From: Frankiaceae bacterium
Lineage (GTDB): Bacteria; Actinomycetota; Actinomycetes; JAFAQI01
Reading direction: 5' to 3'
DNA: 64,000 nucleotides
Assembly: GCA_019239875.1 (NCBI GenBank)
Contig: JAFAZI010000031.1
Coordinates: forward strand, 9,233-73,232
Under the pieces are notes generated by a model. It saw only the letters and a program-made list of their open reading frames with translations. It was not told the DNA's origin and ran no database searches. Both the position numbers and the translations under genes were made by a program. Positions 19,355 through 27,934 of the stretch are shown here, piece after piece (the stretch's first letter is position 1; each line of letters begins with the position of its first letter).

Positions 19355-20257
19355 CTACTGCACGACCCAGCGCGGCGGATTCTTGACGTCGGCGTCACCG
19401 AGTTGTTGTGCCAGCAGCTCGTTCCACGGTTTGTACAGGGCGCTCACCATGCGTCGCGACGCCTCAGGGATCGGTCGGACCTCCGACTCGCGTTGATTCA
19501 CCGCTTCGTAAAGTCGCCTGCTGCGGGCGTACAGCGACGGGTACCGCCGGAACAGCGCGCGTGACCGCTTCGCCGCGCTGGCAGCGATCCGCTGCGCGGT
19601 CGGGCTGCGGTAGCTGCCAGAGGTGTTCTCCGCATCGGCATTCACCGTGGCCCCGCGCGGGTCGATGCCCAGGCGACGACTGACCTGGGCCAGGACGCCG
19701 TACGGGTTGGTGGTGAGGTCGTCGAAGAAGTAGATGTCACAGCGGCCCGGAAAGGTTTCGAGCCAGGCCGGCAGGTGGCGGGCGTACTGCCCGCCCACGA
19801 GCCCCGTGTAGACATTGTTCGCGCGATCGTTGATCTCGCTGTCCGGGACAGCTTGGCACCGCTCGACGTACTCCTGGAGTGTCATGTCCGCGGGCAGCTG
19901 CAGCCGGACCTGCATGAACCGGTAGAACGAGATGAGCCGGCTGATCGGCTCGCGGAGGACGATCGCGACCCGTGGATCGCAGACCTCCTTGATGGCCTCG
20001 GCTGTCGGCGCGCCGCCGTAGAAGTAGTCCGGCGTGCACTCCATCGTGACTGGCTGGCCGCTGCAGCGTTTGAAATAGGACTGGTACTCCGAGAGTGGTG
20101 CCAGCGGCTCGCCATACCGGATTGCCTGGAAGTACCGCGTCTCTTTCGTCGACGAGGCGCAGACCTGCGGGTGCGTGGCAAGCGCGTTGAACAGTGTCGT
20201 CGTGCCCGCGCGGCTGACGCCAACCACCACGAAGTTTGGCAGCGCCGCGCTGGTCAC
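19355..20257 (-). CDS. PAPS-dependent sulfotransferase family protein
   Basis: 5'-PSB motif VVVGVSRAGTTTLFNAL and 3'-PB region (RLISFYRF); 300 aa. Confidence 0.75.
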   Translation of the reverse strand: MTSAALPNFVVVGVSRAGTTTLFNALATHPQVCASSTKETRYFQAIRYGEPLAPLSEYQSYFKRCSGQPVTMECTPDYFYGGAPTAEAIKEVCDPRVAIVLREPISRLISFYRFMQVRLQLPADMTLQEYVERCQAVPDSEINDRANNVYTGLVGGQYARHLPAWLETFPGRCDIYFFDDLTTNPYGVLAQVSRRLGIDPRGATVNADAENTSGSYRSPTAQRIAASAAKRSRALFRRYPSLYARSRRLYEAVNQRESEVRPIPEASRRMVSALYKPWNELLAQQLGDADVKNPPRWVVQ

Positions 20258-20311
20258 GCCCTACCCCCGCGTCCTCGATCACCGGTCATCGTGCTGTGGC
20301 AGGGTGAATCT

Positions 20312-21031
20312 ATGTCAGCCGCCGATGCCTCACCGACGGTGGCAGGCGTCGTCGTCATCATCCCGGCCCTCAACGAGGAAGTTCGCATCTCGGCGACGGT
20401 CGGATCGGCACAGCGCCTGGCGAATGTCTGCCATGTCATCGTCGCCGACGACGGCTCCACCGACAGCACAGCGGAGCTGGCGTCTGCGGCTGGCGCTCAG
20501 GTCGTCCGTCACGACCGGCGGCGTGGCAAGGCAGCGGCAATGACGACCGGCGCTGCTGCCGCAAGGGAGGCGGGGTACGGCGAGTACCCCCTGCTGTTCC
20601 TCGACGCTGATCTGGAGGCGTCTGCGGCGAACGCCGGCCCGCTCATCGCACCGGTCATCAAGGGGGCGGCGGACATGACGATCGCTGTCCTTCCGCCGGC
20701 GGTCGGCGGTGGCGGCAGGGGGTTCGTCATGCGATTAGCCGCGTCAGGTATCGAGCAGGCGACCGGCTGGCGTCCGACCGCGCCGTTGTCCGGGCAGCGG
20801 TGCATCACGCGAGGACTGTTCGACTCGGTCCTGCCGCTGGCGCCGGGCTTCGGTGTCGAGACCGGTCTGACCATCGACGCCCTGCGGCACGGTGCCAAGG
20901 TCAAGGAATGCCCCGCCGACCTCGGGCATCGCGTCACGGGCACCAGCTTCCGGGACCAACGACATCGGGCGCGCCAGTACCGCGACGTGTGGCGGGCGCT
21001 GGCGGCCCGGCGGGTCATCCGGTTCCGCTGA
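20312..21031 (+). CDS. family 2 glycosyltransferase (polyprenol-phosphate sugar transferase-like)
   Basis: GT-A fold: VVIIPALNEE...VIVADDGSTD...LFLDADL (DxD). The track ORF 19775.. has a junk N-terminal 179 aa. Start placed at ATG 20312 after an AGGGTGA RBS. Confidence 0.75.
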   Translation: MSAADASPTVAGVVVIIPALNEEVRISATVGSAQRLANVCHVIVADDGSTDSTAELASAAGAQVVRHDRRRGKAAAMTTGAAAAREAGYGEYPLLFLDADLEASAANAGPLIAPVIKGAADMTIAVLPPAVGGGGRGFVMRLAASGIEQATGWRPTAPLSGQRCITRGLFDSVLPLAPGFGVETGLTIDALRHGAKVKECPADLGHRVTGTSFRDQRHRARQYRDVWRALAARRVIRFR

Positions 21032-21044
21032 TTACTCTGGCCGT

Positions 21045-22058
21045 GTGCCGATAGCGACGCTGGACCAGCTGAGTCGGCCGGTCCGCGACCTGCGCCTGTC
21101 GGTCACCGACCGCTGCAACTTTCGCTGCCCGTATTGCATGCCCCGGTCGAAGTTCGGCGCCGACCATGCCTTCTCCCCGCGGGCGGAGCTCCTGACCTAC
21201 GAGGAGCTTGCCCGGCTGGTGGGCATCTTCGCGGGGCTCGGCGTGACCAAGGTCCGGCTCACCGGCGGCGAGCCACTGCTTCGCCGTGACCTCGAGACGT
21301 TGATCGCCATGATCGCGGCCACGCCGGGGATCGACGACGTTGCACTGACCACGAACGGGTCGCTGCTCGCCGATCGAGCCGCGACCCTGCGCGCGGCCGG
21401 CTTGCGCCGGATCACCGTCAGTCTCGACAGCGTCGACCCGCAGATGTTTGCCGCCATGACCGACTCCCCGATCGCGCTCGACACCGTGCTGGGTGGAATC
21501 GCAGCAGCGCAGGCAGCCGGCCTGACACCGGTGAAGGTGAACGCCGTCGTGCAGCGCGGCGTGAACGAGGCCGGTCTGCTCGACCTCGCGGAGTTCGCCC
21601 GGCAACAGGGCCTCGTGCTTCGCTTCATCGAGTACATGGACGTCGGCACGACGAACGAGTGGCAGAGCGGTGCCGTCGTACCGGCGGCGGAGATCATCGA
21701 ACGGATCGCCGCCGTGCACCCGCTCGAGCCGATCGCGGCGACGATTCGCGGCGAGGTCGCGAGACGCTGGCGGTACACCGATGGCGGTGGGGAGATCGGG
21801 GTGATCGCTTCCGTCACCCAGCCGTTCTGCACCGACTGCACCCGCGCCCGGGTGACGGCGACCGGCGAGTTGTTCACGTGTTTGTTCGCCGCGCGCGGTC
21901 GTGATCTCCGCGGGTTGCTTCGGGCAGGTGCATCCGACGCCGAGCTGGTGGATTTGATCGTAGGCGTGTGGCATGCGCGGACGGATCGGTACTCGGAGCA
22001 ACGCAGTGCGGATCACCAGAGCGGTCGCCGCGCCGAGATGAGCTACCTCGGAGGCTGA
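21045..22058 (+). CDS. moaA: GTP 3',8-cyclase (molybdenum cofactor biosynthesis protein A)
   Basis: Radical-SAM CNFRCPYC motif and C-terminal MoaA Cys cluster (CTDCTRARVTATGELFTC). Start placed at GTG 21045, just after the GT2 stop; an earlier in-frame start would overlap GT2. Confidence 0.8.
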   Translation: MPIATLDQLSRPVRDLRLSVTDRCNFRCPYCMPRSKFGADHAFSPRAELLTYEELARLVGIFAGLGVTKVRLTGGEPLLRRDLETLIAMIAATPGIDDVALTTNGSLLADRAATLRAAGLRRITVSLDSVDPQMFAAMTDSPIALDTVLGGIAAAQAAGLTPVKVNAVVQRGVNEAGLLDLAEFARQQGLVLRFIEYMDVGTTNEWQSGAVVPAAEIIERIAAVHPLEPIAATIRGEVARRWRYTDGGGEIGVIASVTQPFCTDCTRARVTATGELFTCLFAARGRDLRGLLRAGASDAELVDLIVGVWHARTDRYSEQRSADHQSGRRAEMSYLGG

Positions 22059-22082
22059 CCGGTCGCACCGCCGTTAGCCTTC

Positions 22083-22754
22083 TTGCCCATGGGGCTGCGG
22101 ATCGTCATCGCCGAGGACTCGTTGCTGGTCCGCGAGGGTGTGCGGGGCGTGCTCGACAGCCAGGACGACTTCGAGGTTGTCGGGCTGTGCGAGGACTTCG
22201 ACGGGTTGCTGGCCGCAGCCGACGAGCACCAACCTGATGTCGTGGTCACCGACGTCCGGATGCCACCGACCCAGAGCGACGAGGGGATCCGTGCGGCGCT
22301 GCAGCTGCGCGAGACACATCCGCGCGTGGGGGTCGTCGTGCTGTCGCAGTACGCCGAGCCGGCGTACGCACTGCCGCTGCTCGAGACCGGCAGCGACGGC
22401 CGCGCGTACCTGCTCAAGGAGCGGGTCAGCGAGCCCGCTCAGCTCGCCGAGGCGGTCCGCGCTGTTGCAACCGGCGGATCGGTGATCGACCCGAAGGTCG
22501 TCGAGGTGCTCGTGTCCGCACGGTCCGCCCAGAGCAGATCCCCGCTCGAACAGCTCACACCTCGGGAGCTGGAGGTCCTCGCCGAGATCGCGCAGGGCAA
22601 GAACAACGCGGCAGTCGCGGCGGCGCTGTTCCTCACCGAGCGCGCTGTCGAGAAGCACATCAACGCGCTGTTCGCGAAGCTGCAGCTGACCGACGAACCC
22701 GACGTCAACCGCAGGGTGAAGGCGGTCCTTCTCTACCTGTCCGAGACTGCGTAG
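22083..22754 (+). CDS. NarL/LuxR family two-component response regulator
   Basis: REC domain (VVTDVRMPP) plus C-terminal LuxR HTH (LTPRELEVLAEIAQGKNNAAVAAALFLTERAVEKHINALFAKL). Confidence 0.85.
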   Translation: MPMGLRIVIAEDSLLVREGVRGVLDSQDDFEVVGLCEDFDGLLAAADEHQPDVVVTDVRMPPTQSDEGIRAALQLRETHPRVGVVVLSQYAEPAYALPLLETGSDGRAYLLKERVSEPAQLAEAVRAVATGGSVIDPKVVEVLVSARSAQSRSPLEQLTPRELEVLAEIAQGKNNAAVAAALFLTERAVEKHINALFAKLQLTDEPDVNRRVKAVLLYLSETA

Positions 22755-22825
22755 TAGCACCCCCTCGGCTGGCATGTGGACACCCTTGGCCGTGACACCC
22801 GGGCACCGCACGATAGGAGGTCACC

Positions 22826-23200
22826 ATGGTGGAGGAGGCGAGCGAGATGGACGTGCTGGTCGTTGACGACCAGCCGACCTTCCGCGCCGTCGCTCGCACC
22901 CTGGTCGGTCTGACTCCAGGTTTGCGGGTCGCCGCCGAAGCTGAGTCCGGGGAGCAGGCGGTCGAGCTCGCCGGCCGGATCCATCCTCCTGTCGTGCTGA
23001 TGGACATCAACCTGCCCGGCATCTCGGGCATCGAGGCGACCCGGCTGCTGCGCGAGCACGACCCGTCGGTGACGGTGATCTTGATGTCCACGTACGCCGC
23101 TGCCGACCTCCCGGCGGACGCGATGGACAGCGGCGCCGTGGGCTACGTGCGCAAAGAAGACCTGACGCCGGCTGCGTTGACTGCCCTGCTACCCGACTGA
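22826..23200 (+). CDS. stand-alone response regulator receiver (REC-only) protein
   Basis: 124 aa: DVLVVDDQPTF...VLMDINLPGISG, with no output domain. A perfect AGGAGG RBS precedes the ATG. Its 3' end overlaps the convergent kinase gene by 12 bp. Confidence 0.75.
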   Translation: MVEEASEMDVLVVDDQPTFRAVARTLVGLTPGLRVAAEAESGEQAVELAGRIHPPVVLMDINLPGISGIEATRLLREHDPSVTVILMSTYAAADLPADAMDSGAVGYVRKEDLTPAALTALLPD

Positions 23201-24760
23201 CGCCGCGAGCGGCTCGCACGGTACGTCGCCGCGGATCGTCGTGCCGGTTCCGGCCGCAGAGATCACGGACAGGGTGCCGCCGATCGCGCCGAGCCGGTCG
23301 GCCATGTTGGTGAATCCGTGTCCGAACTCAGTTGCGGCCGGATCGAACCCGGGGCCGTTGTCGTGCACTTCGAACGCGAGGCCGGTGTCGGTCACGTTGA
23401 TCGTCACGCTGACTTCGGCACCCTCGCCGGCGTACTTGCCGGCGTTCTGTAGCGCCTCGAGACAGCAGAAGTACGCCGCTGCCTCCGCCTCCGCCGGGTA
23501 TCGGCCGGGGAGGTCGGCCGTGACCGAGACCGGAAGAACCGAGCGATTCGCGGCGGTGGCGAGCGCCTCCCGAAGCCCTCGGTCACGCAACAACGGCGGG
23601 TAGATTCCGTGCGCCAGCTCGCGCAGCTCGCCGATCGTGGTCTGGACGTCGGCCCGGAGCTCGTCCAGCAGCTCGGAGACCGTGGGGGAGCCCTCGCCCA
23701 CCACCTGTTTGGCGAGTCCGAGCTTCACGGCCAGGGCGACGAGGTGCTGTTGTGCTCCGTCGTGCAGGTTGCGCTCGATGGCACGCCGGGATTCATCTGA
23801 CGCGGCCACGATGCGGGCGCGGGAGGCCTGGAGCTCGACGTTGCGCTCTTGCAGCTCCTGCAGCGACGCCTGGAGAGCGGAGTCGAGCCGAACGTTGTGG
23901 AGCGCGAGGCCGACCTGGCGCGCGAGATCGGCAAGCACGCTGTCCTCGTCGTCGCCGTACGGCGGCGCCTGGCCGTCACGCCCGACGACGATCAGACCCA
24001 GCAGTTCGCCGAGATGGGCGATCGGTGCAACTCGGAACTGATGCCGCTCACGACCCTCGAGCATCGACGGCAACCAGACCTGCAACCACGTGTTGCCGCT
24101 GACCCGCGCGTGGGCGGCAACGCGTCGCTCCTCATCGCCGAGCTTGAGCGCGGGACGCCCCCGGTCGGGTACCGCAACGGCGATCTCGAGGTGGCCGTCG
24201 ATGCCGGTCCAGATCTCTGCGCCTGCCGGTCCGATCGTCGCGTGCAAGGTCTCGGCGAGTTGGAGCAACAGCTCGTCCATCGGAACGGCGCGAGTCATCC
24301 GGGCGCCGAACGTCTCCAACGCAGTCGACACCGGTCGCGGGTCCTCACCGGACCAGCGGCGGGCCAGGTCGAGCAGCCGCTGCCGCGCGGGCTCGGCGAG
24401 GATCACCGCAACGACGGCTGCCACCATCGACAGTCCAAGCACGTGTCGCTCGTTGCCTTCGGGTGAGGATCCGAGTCCGATCACGATCACGACGTACGCG
24501 CCGAGCACCAGACCGATCAGGCCACCGGTGACAACGCCGTACCGCAGCGCACGGTCGGCGTGGACTCGCAAGGCGGGGATCCGGCCCAGGATCAGCCCGA
24601 GTGGCAGACCAGCAAGCGCAACGAGACAGATCGCGCCGATCGCGCCGGGCCGCCCGACCAGCAGGTGGAAGCCGGTCGCCGTCCCGGCGACGACGACCGT
24701 CGCAAGGACTCCGGTGACGGTCCACAGGAAGCCGGAGGTGCGGGTCGTGGTTGTCGTCAT
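23189..24760 (-). CDS. sensor histidine kinase (multi-TM N-terminus, GAF-like region, HisKA_3 + HATPase_c)
   Basis: HisKA_3 H-box ERNLHDGAQQHLVAL and an HATPase_c region with GxG motifs. Start ATG 24760 overlaps the permease stop (TGATG). Confidence 0.8.
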   Translation of the reverse strand: MTTTTTRTSGFLWTVTGVLATVVVAGTATGFHLLVGRPGAIGAICLVALAGLPLGLILGRIPALRVHADRALRYGVVTGGLIGLVLGAYVVIVIGLGSSPEGNERHVLGLSMVAAVVAVILAEPARQRLLDLARRWSGEDPRPVSTALETFGARMTRAVPMDELLLQLAETLHATIGPAGAEIWTGIDGHLEIAVAVPDRGRPALKLGDEERRVAAHARVSGNTWLQVWLPSMLEGRERHQFRVAPIAHLGELLGLIVVGRDGQAPPYGDDEDSVLADLARQVGLALHNVRLDSALQASLQELQERNVELQASRARIVAASDESRRAIERNLHDGAQQHLVALAVKLGLAKQVVGEGSPTVSELLDELRADVQTTIGELRELAHGIYPPLLRDRGLREALATAANRSVLPVSVTADLPGRYPAEAEAAAYFCCLEALQNAGKYAGEGAEVSVTINVTDTGLAFEVHDNGPGFDPAATEFGHGFTNMADRLGAIGGTLSVISAAGTGTTIRGDVPCEPLAASVG

Positions 24761-27135
24761 CACTCTGCCCTCAGGATCTCGCTGACCCGCAGCCGCGCAG
24801 CGCGGCGCGCCGGGACAGTGGCGAGCGCGTTCGCTGCGGCGACCGTCGCCGGCACTGCGCCAAGTACGACGGCCAGGGCCAGCGGCGCGACGTACAGCAC
24901 CGGCGTCGCATGGGCCAGCACCCGCCATCCAGTGCGGCCGATCGCGACACCCAGGGGAATTCCGATCACGAGCCCGACGAGCGCGAGCACCGTGGCCTGC
25001 ACGATCACGATCAACCGGGTCTGCCACCGCGTCATGCCCAGGGCGCGGAGCACCGCCACATCACGGCGCCGACGCCGGACTGCGGTCGCGAGTCCGTGGC
25101 CGACCGCGCCGGTCGCCAGCAATAGGAGGAACCCGCCGAGCAGCATCGGCTCGATCCGCACGCTCCGCAGCTCGATCTGCTGCTGCGGCGTTATGAACTC
25201 CGTCGTCAAACCCACGCCGCCCGGCGCGAGGCCTTTCGGAAGTCGTGAGAAGGCCGCCTGCGGATCGACCCCGGGCGCCAGGTCGAACCGGACCTCATGG
25301 AACTTGTCATGCGCCTGGCTGGGCTGAACGACCGCGAAGCCGGCCGTGGTCAGCCACGCGCCGTCCGTGTAGTCGTTGTGAGGGTTCTCGGGGACGAAAG
25401 TGACGCCGCTGACGGTCAGTTGATGACCGTCCACCGAGACGGTGTCGCCAGCATGCATGCCGAGATCTTTCGCCGTGGTCGGTCCGAGCGAGATCTCGTC
25501 AGGGCCGACCGGCGCTCGACCGGACAGGGCGACGATGTCTACCGACCCGACGATCGGCGTGATCGACGTCGTACTCGTCGGGCGACCGTTGACGGTGACC
25601 ACCGCCACGCGCATGTCGTCGAGCGCCGCGATGTCAGGGTCGTGCTTGACCTCGGACAGTGCCTTGGCGAACGACGGCGGTGGCGCACCCTCACTGACGA
25701 AGCCGAACGCGTCGAAGGTCTGGCCGTAGCGGTTGAGGTCGTCCACGGTGCCCGACAGCCCGGCCCGGAAGGTGAGGGCGCCAACGACCCCGATGACGCC
25801 GGCGGCAGCGCCCGCGAGTGCGGGGCGCACCGGGACTCTGGCCTTTCCCCGACCTGGCTCGAGGGCGAACCGGGTGCCGAGGACCGCGCTGACGTGCAGC
25901 CGTGACCGACTCGCCGTGCTGGCCACCCACGAGCGGTGGTCCGGCTCGTCAGCCGACTCACGGGCGACCGTTCGCGACGACACGTAGGCGCCCAGGATTC
26001 CCAACCCCAGCACGCCGATTCCCCCGAGGCTGAGCACTAGGGGATCCAGGTTGGTACCGGGCGTCGGCTCGTACTTGCCCGCGATGCCGGAGGGAAAGAG
26101 CGAAGACATGGCGATGGCGCTCCCGACCGCCCCGATCGTGCCCGCGACCGATGCGATGACCGGGCCGCTCGCGGCCGCGAGCCGGATCTGGGTTCGATCC
26201 ATGCCGACGGCGCTGAGGGCTCGCAGCTCATCCGTCGCTCCGCTTCCGAACCTCGCGAACGCCTGACCCAGCAGGATCAACGAGGCAACGAGCGCGATCA
26301 GCGCGAAGAGCAGCCAGCTGATCGTGGTGAACGTTGCGGTGCGTTGCAGGATCCGGTCGACCGTGTGCTGGTCGGCAACCTGCACGTCGGCGTCGCCCGG
26401 GATGCTCGCGAGCTCCTTGGAGAACTCCGGGATGGCCGCAGCGCCACCGTTGAGAATGACTCGGGCGTTCTTGAAGTACGGGAAGACCGGTTTGATGAAC
26501 TTCACAAAGAACGCGTGGGTCGGCATGTAGACGGGCCCGCCGCCGGGCCCGAGGTCGAAGGTGTTGACGCCGATCCCGACGACGTGAAGCTGAACCGTCG
26601 GTCCGGCGTACGTCGTGCCCGGGGGGAACGCACTTCCCGGTCGCAACGAGTCGACCTGTGCCTTGGATGGCAGCTGAACCGAGATGGTGCGCCCGTACTT
26701 GCCGACGAAGCCCGGACTCGCCACGATCTCGTACGGGTTGCTCGGATCGGCGGTCCTACCGCTGATGATCTTGGGCCGATCGATTGCGATGTTCTGGGTG
26801 AGATCCCCACCCGGGAATCCGGCGACGGTGCCGAAGTCGAAGCCGACGCCCTTTGGCGCGACACCTTCAGCGAGCACGAACGTACCGAGCGTCTTCACCG
26901 CCGGCAGCCGGCGCACCGGACCCCATCGAAACCCGGGCTGGTTCGGCAGCACCATGACGTCGGCCGGCGCGATCGCGCTGTTGAGCCGGGTCAGCACGGT
27001 GTCGGTGCGCCGGGCTCCGGCTGTCGTGGCGATGATGACGCCGCCGGCCATCGTGATCAGCAGCGCGAGGACCACGAGGGAGCGCCATCGGCGCCGGAGG
27101 TCGAGGCGCGCGAACGCTAGTACGGCGGCCATCAC
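24760..27135 (-). CDS. ABC transporter permease, FtsX/MacB-like with a large extracytoplasmic domain
   Basis: 791 aa, with N- and C-terminal FtsX-type 4-TM bundles separated by a large loop. Architecture resembles BceB/MacB. Confidence 0.8.
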   Translation of the reverse strand: MMAAVLAFARLDLRRRWRSLVVLALLITMAGGVIIATTAGARRTDTVLTRLNSAIAPADVMVLPNQPGFRWGPVRRLPAVKTLGTFVLAEGVAPKGVGFDFGTVAGFPGGDLTQNIAIDRPKIISGRTADPSNPYEIVASPGFVGKYGRTISVQLPSKAQVDSLRPGSAFPPGTTYAGPTVQLHVVGIGVNTFDLGPGGGPVYMPTHAFFVKFIKPVFPYFKNARVILNGGAAAIPEFSKELASIPGDADVQVADQHTVDRILQRTATFTTISWLLFALIALVASLILLGQAFARFGSGATDELRALSAVGMDRTQIRLAAASGPVIASVAGTIGAVGSAIAMSSLFPSGIAGKYEPTPGTNLDPLVLSLGGIGVLGLGILGAYVSSRTVARESADEPDHRSWVASTASRSRLHVSAVLGTRFALEPGRGKARVPVRPALAGAAAGVIGVVGALTFRAGLSGTVDDLNRYGQTFDAFGFVSEGAPPPSFAKALSEVKHDPDIAALDDMRVAVVTVNGRPTSTTSITPIVGSVDIVALSGRAPVGPDEISLGPTTAKDLGMHAGDTVSVDGHQLTVSGVTFVPENPHNDYTDGAWLTTAGFAVVQPSQAHDKFHEVRFDLAPGVDPQAAFSRLPKGLAPGGVGLTTEFITPQQQIELRSVRIEPMLLGGFLLLLATGAVGHGLATAVRRRRRDVAVLRALGMTRWQTRLIVIVQATVLALVGLVIGIPLGVAIGRTGWRVLAHATPVLYVAPLALAVVLGAVPATVAAANALATVPARRAARLRVSEILRAE

Positions 27136-27184
27136 TCGGCTCGCAACACGTCAGCCGGCCGCCTCGTCCACACGAGGATGGCGG

Positions 27185-27934
27185 TCACGGCGTGGCGACC
27201 GCCTCGGACGCCAGGTCATCGCTGACCACCTTGCCGTCGTGCATTCGAACGATGCGTGACGCGCCCGCCGCCACCTCGGCGGAGTGCGTGACCATCAGGA
27301 TCGTCTGCCCGTCGTCGTGCAATCGGCGGAACAGCTCGAGGACCTCGTTGCCGCCGTCACTGTCGAGGGCTCCGGTTGGCTCATCGGCGAGCAGCAGAGT
27401 TGGCGAGTTGACGAGAGCGCGAGCGATCGCCAGGCGTTGGCGTTGGCCGCCAGACAGCACGGCGGGCAGCTGTGCCGTGCGATCACCGAGGCCCAGCAGG
27501 TCTAGCAGATCACGAGCCCGCGACTCCGCCGGCTTGCGCTTCGATCCTCCGATCACTGCAGGGAGGACGAGGTTCTCGAGGCAGCTGACCCCGTCGAGCA
27601 GGTTGAAGAACTGGAAGACGATGCCGACGTTGTGCCGCCGGAACCGGGCTAGCCAGTCCTCGTCGCGCCCGGTGATGATCTGGCCGTCGACGACGATCTC
27701 GCCCTCGTCGGCGACGTCGAGTCCGGCGACGAGGTTCAACAAGGTCGACTTGCCGCAACCGGATGGGCCCATGAGGGCGACGAACTCGCCCGCGGCGATG
27801 TCTAGATCGGCACCTCGAAGCGCCCTGACCGGAGCCAGCTCGGCCGTGAACGTCTTCCGGACGCCTCGTACCGACAGCGCGCTGGCGGCAGGCGCGGCGG
27901 AGCTCGCTCCGGTGGCGTTGGTCGTGGTGGTCAT
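27185..27934 (-). CDS. ABC transporter ATP-binding protein (MacB/LolD/BceA-like)
   Basis: Walker A GPSGCGKSTL, signature LSGGQRQRLAIARAL, Walker B LLLADEPTGALD. Start overlaps the upstream stop (ATGA). Confidence 0.85.
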   Translation of the reverse strand: MTTTTNATGASSAAPAASALSVRGVRKTFTAELAPVRALRGADLDIAAGEFVALMGPSGCGKSTLLNLVAGLDVADEGEIVVDGQIITGRDEDWLARFRRHNVGIVFQFFNLLDGVSCLENLVLPAVIGGSKRKPAESRARDLLDLLGLGDRTAQLPAVLSGGQRQRLAIARALVNSPTLLLADEPTGALDSDGGNEVLELFRRLHDDGQTILMVTHSAEVAAGASRIVRMHDGKVVSDDLASEAVATP

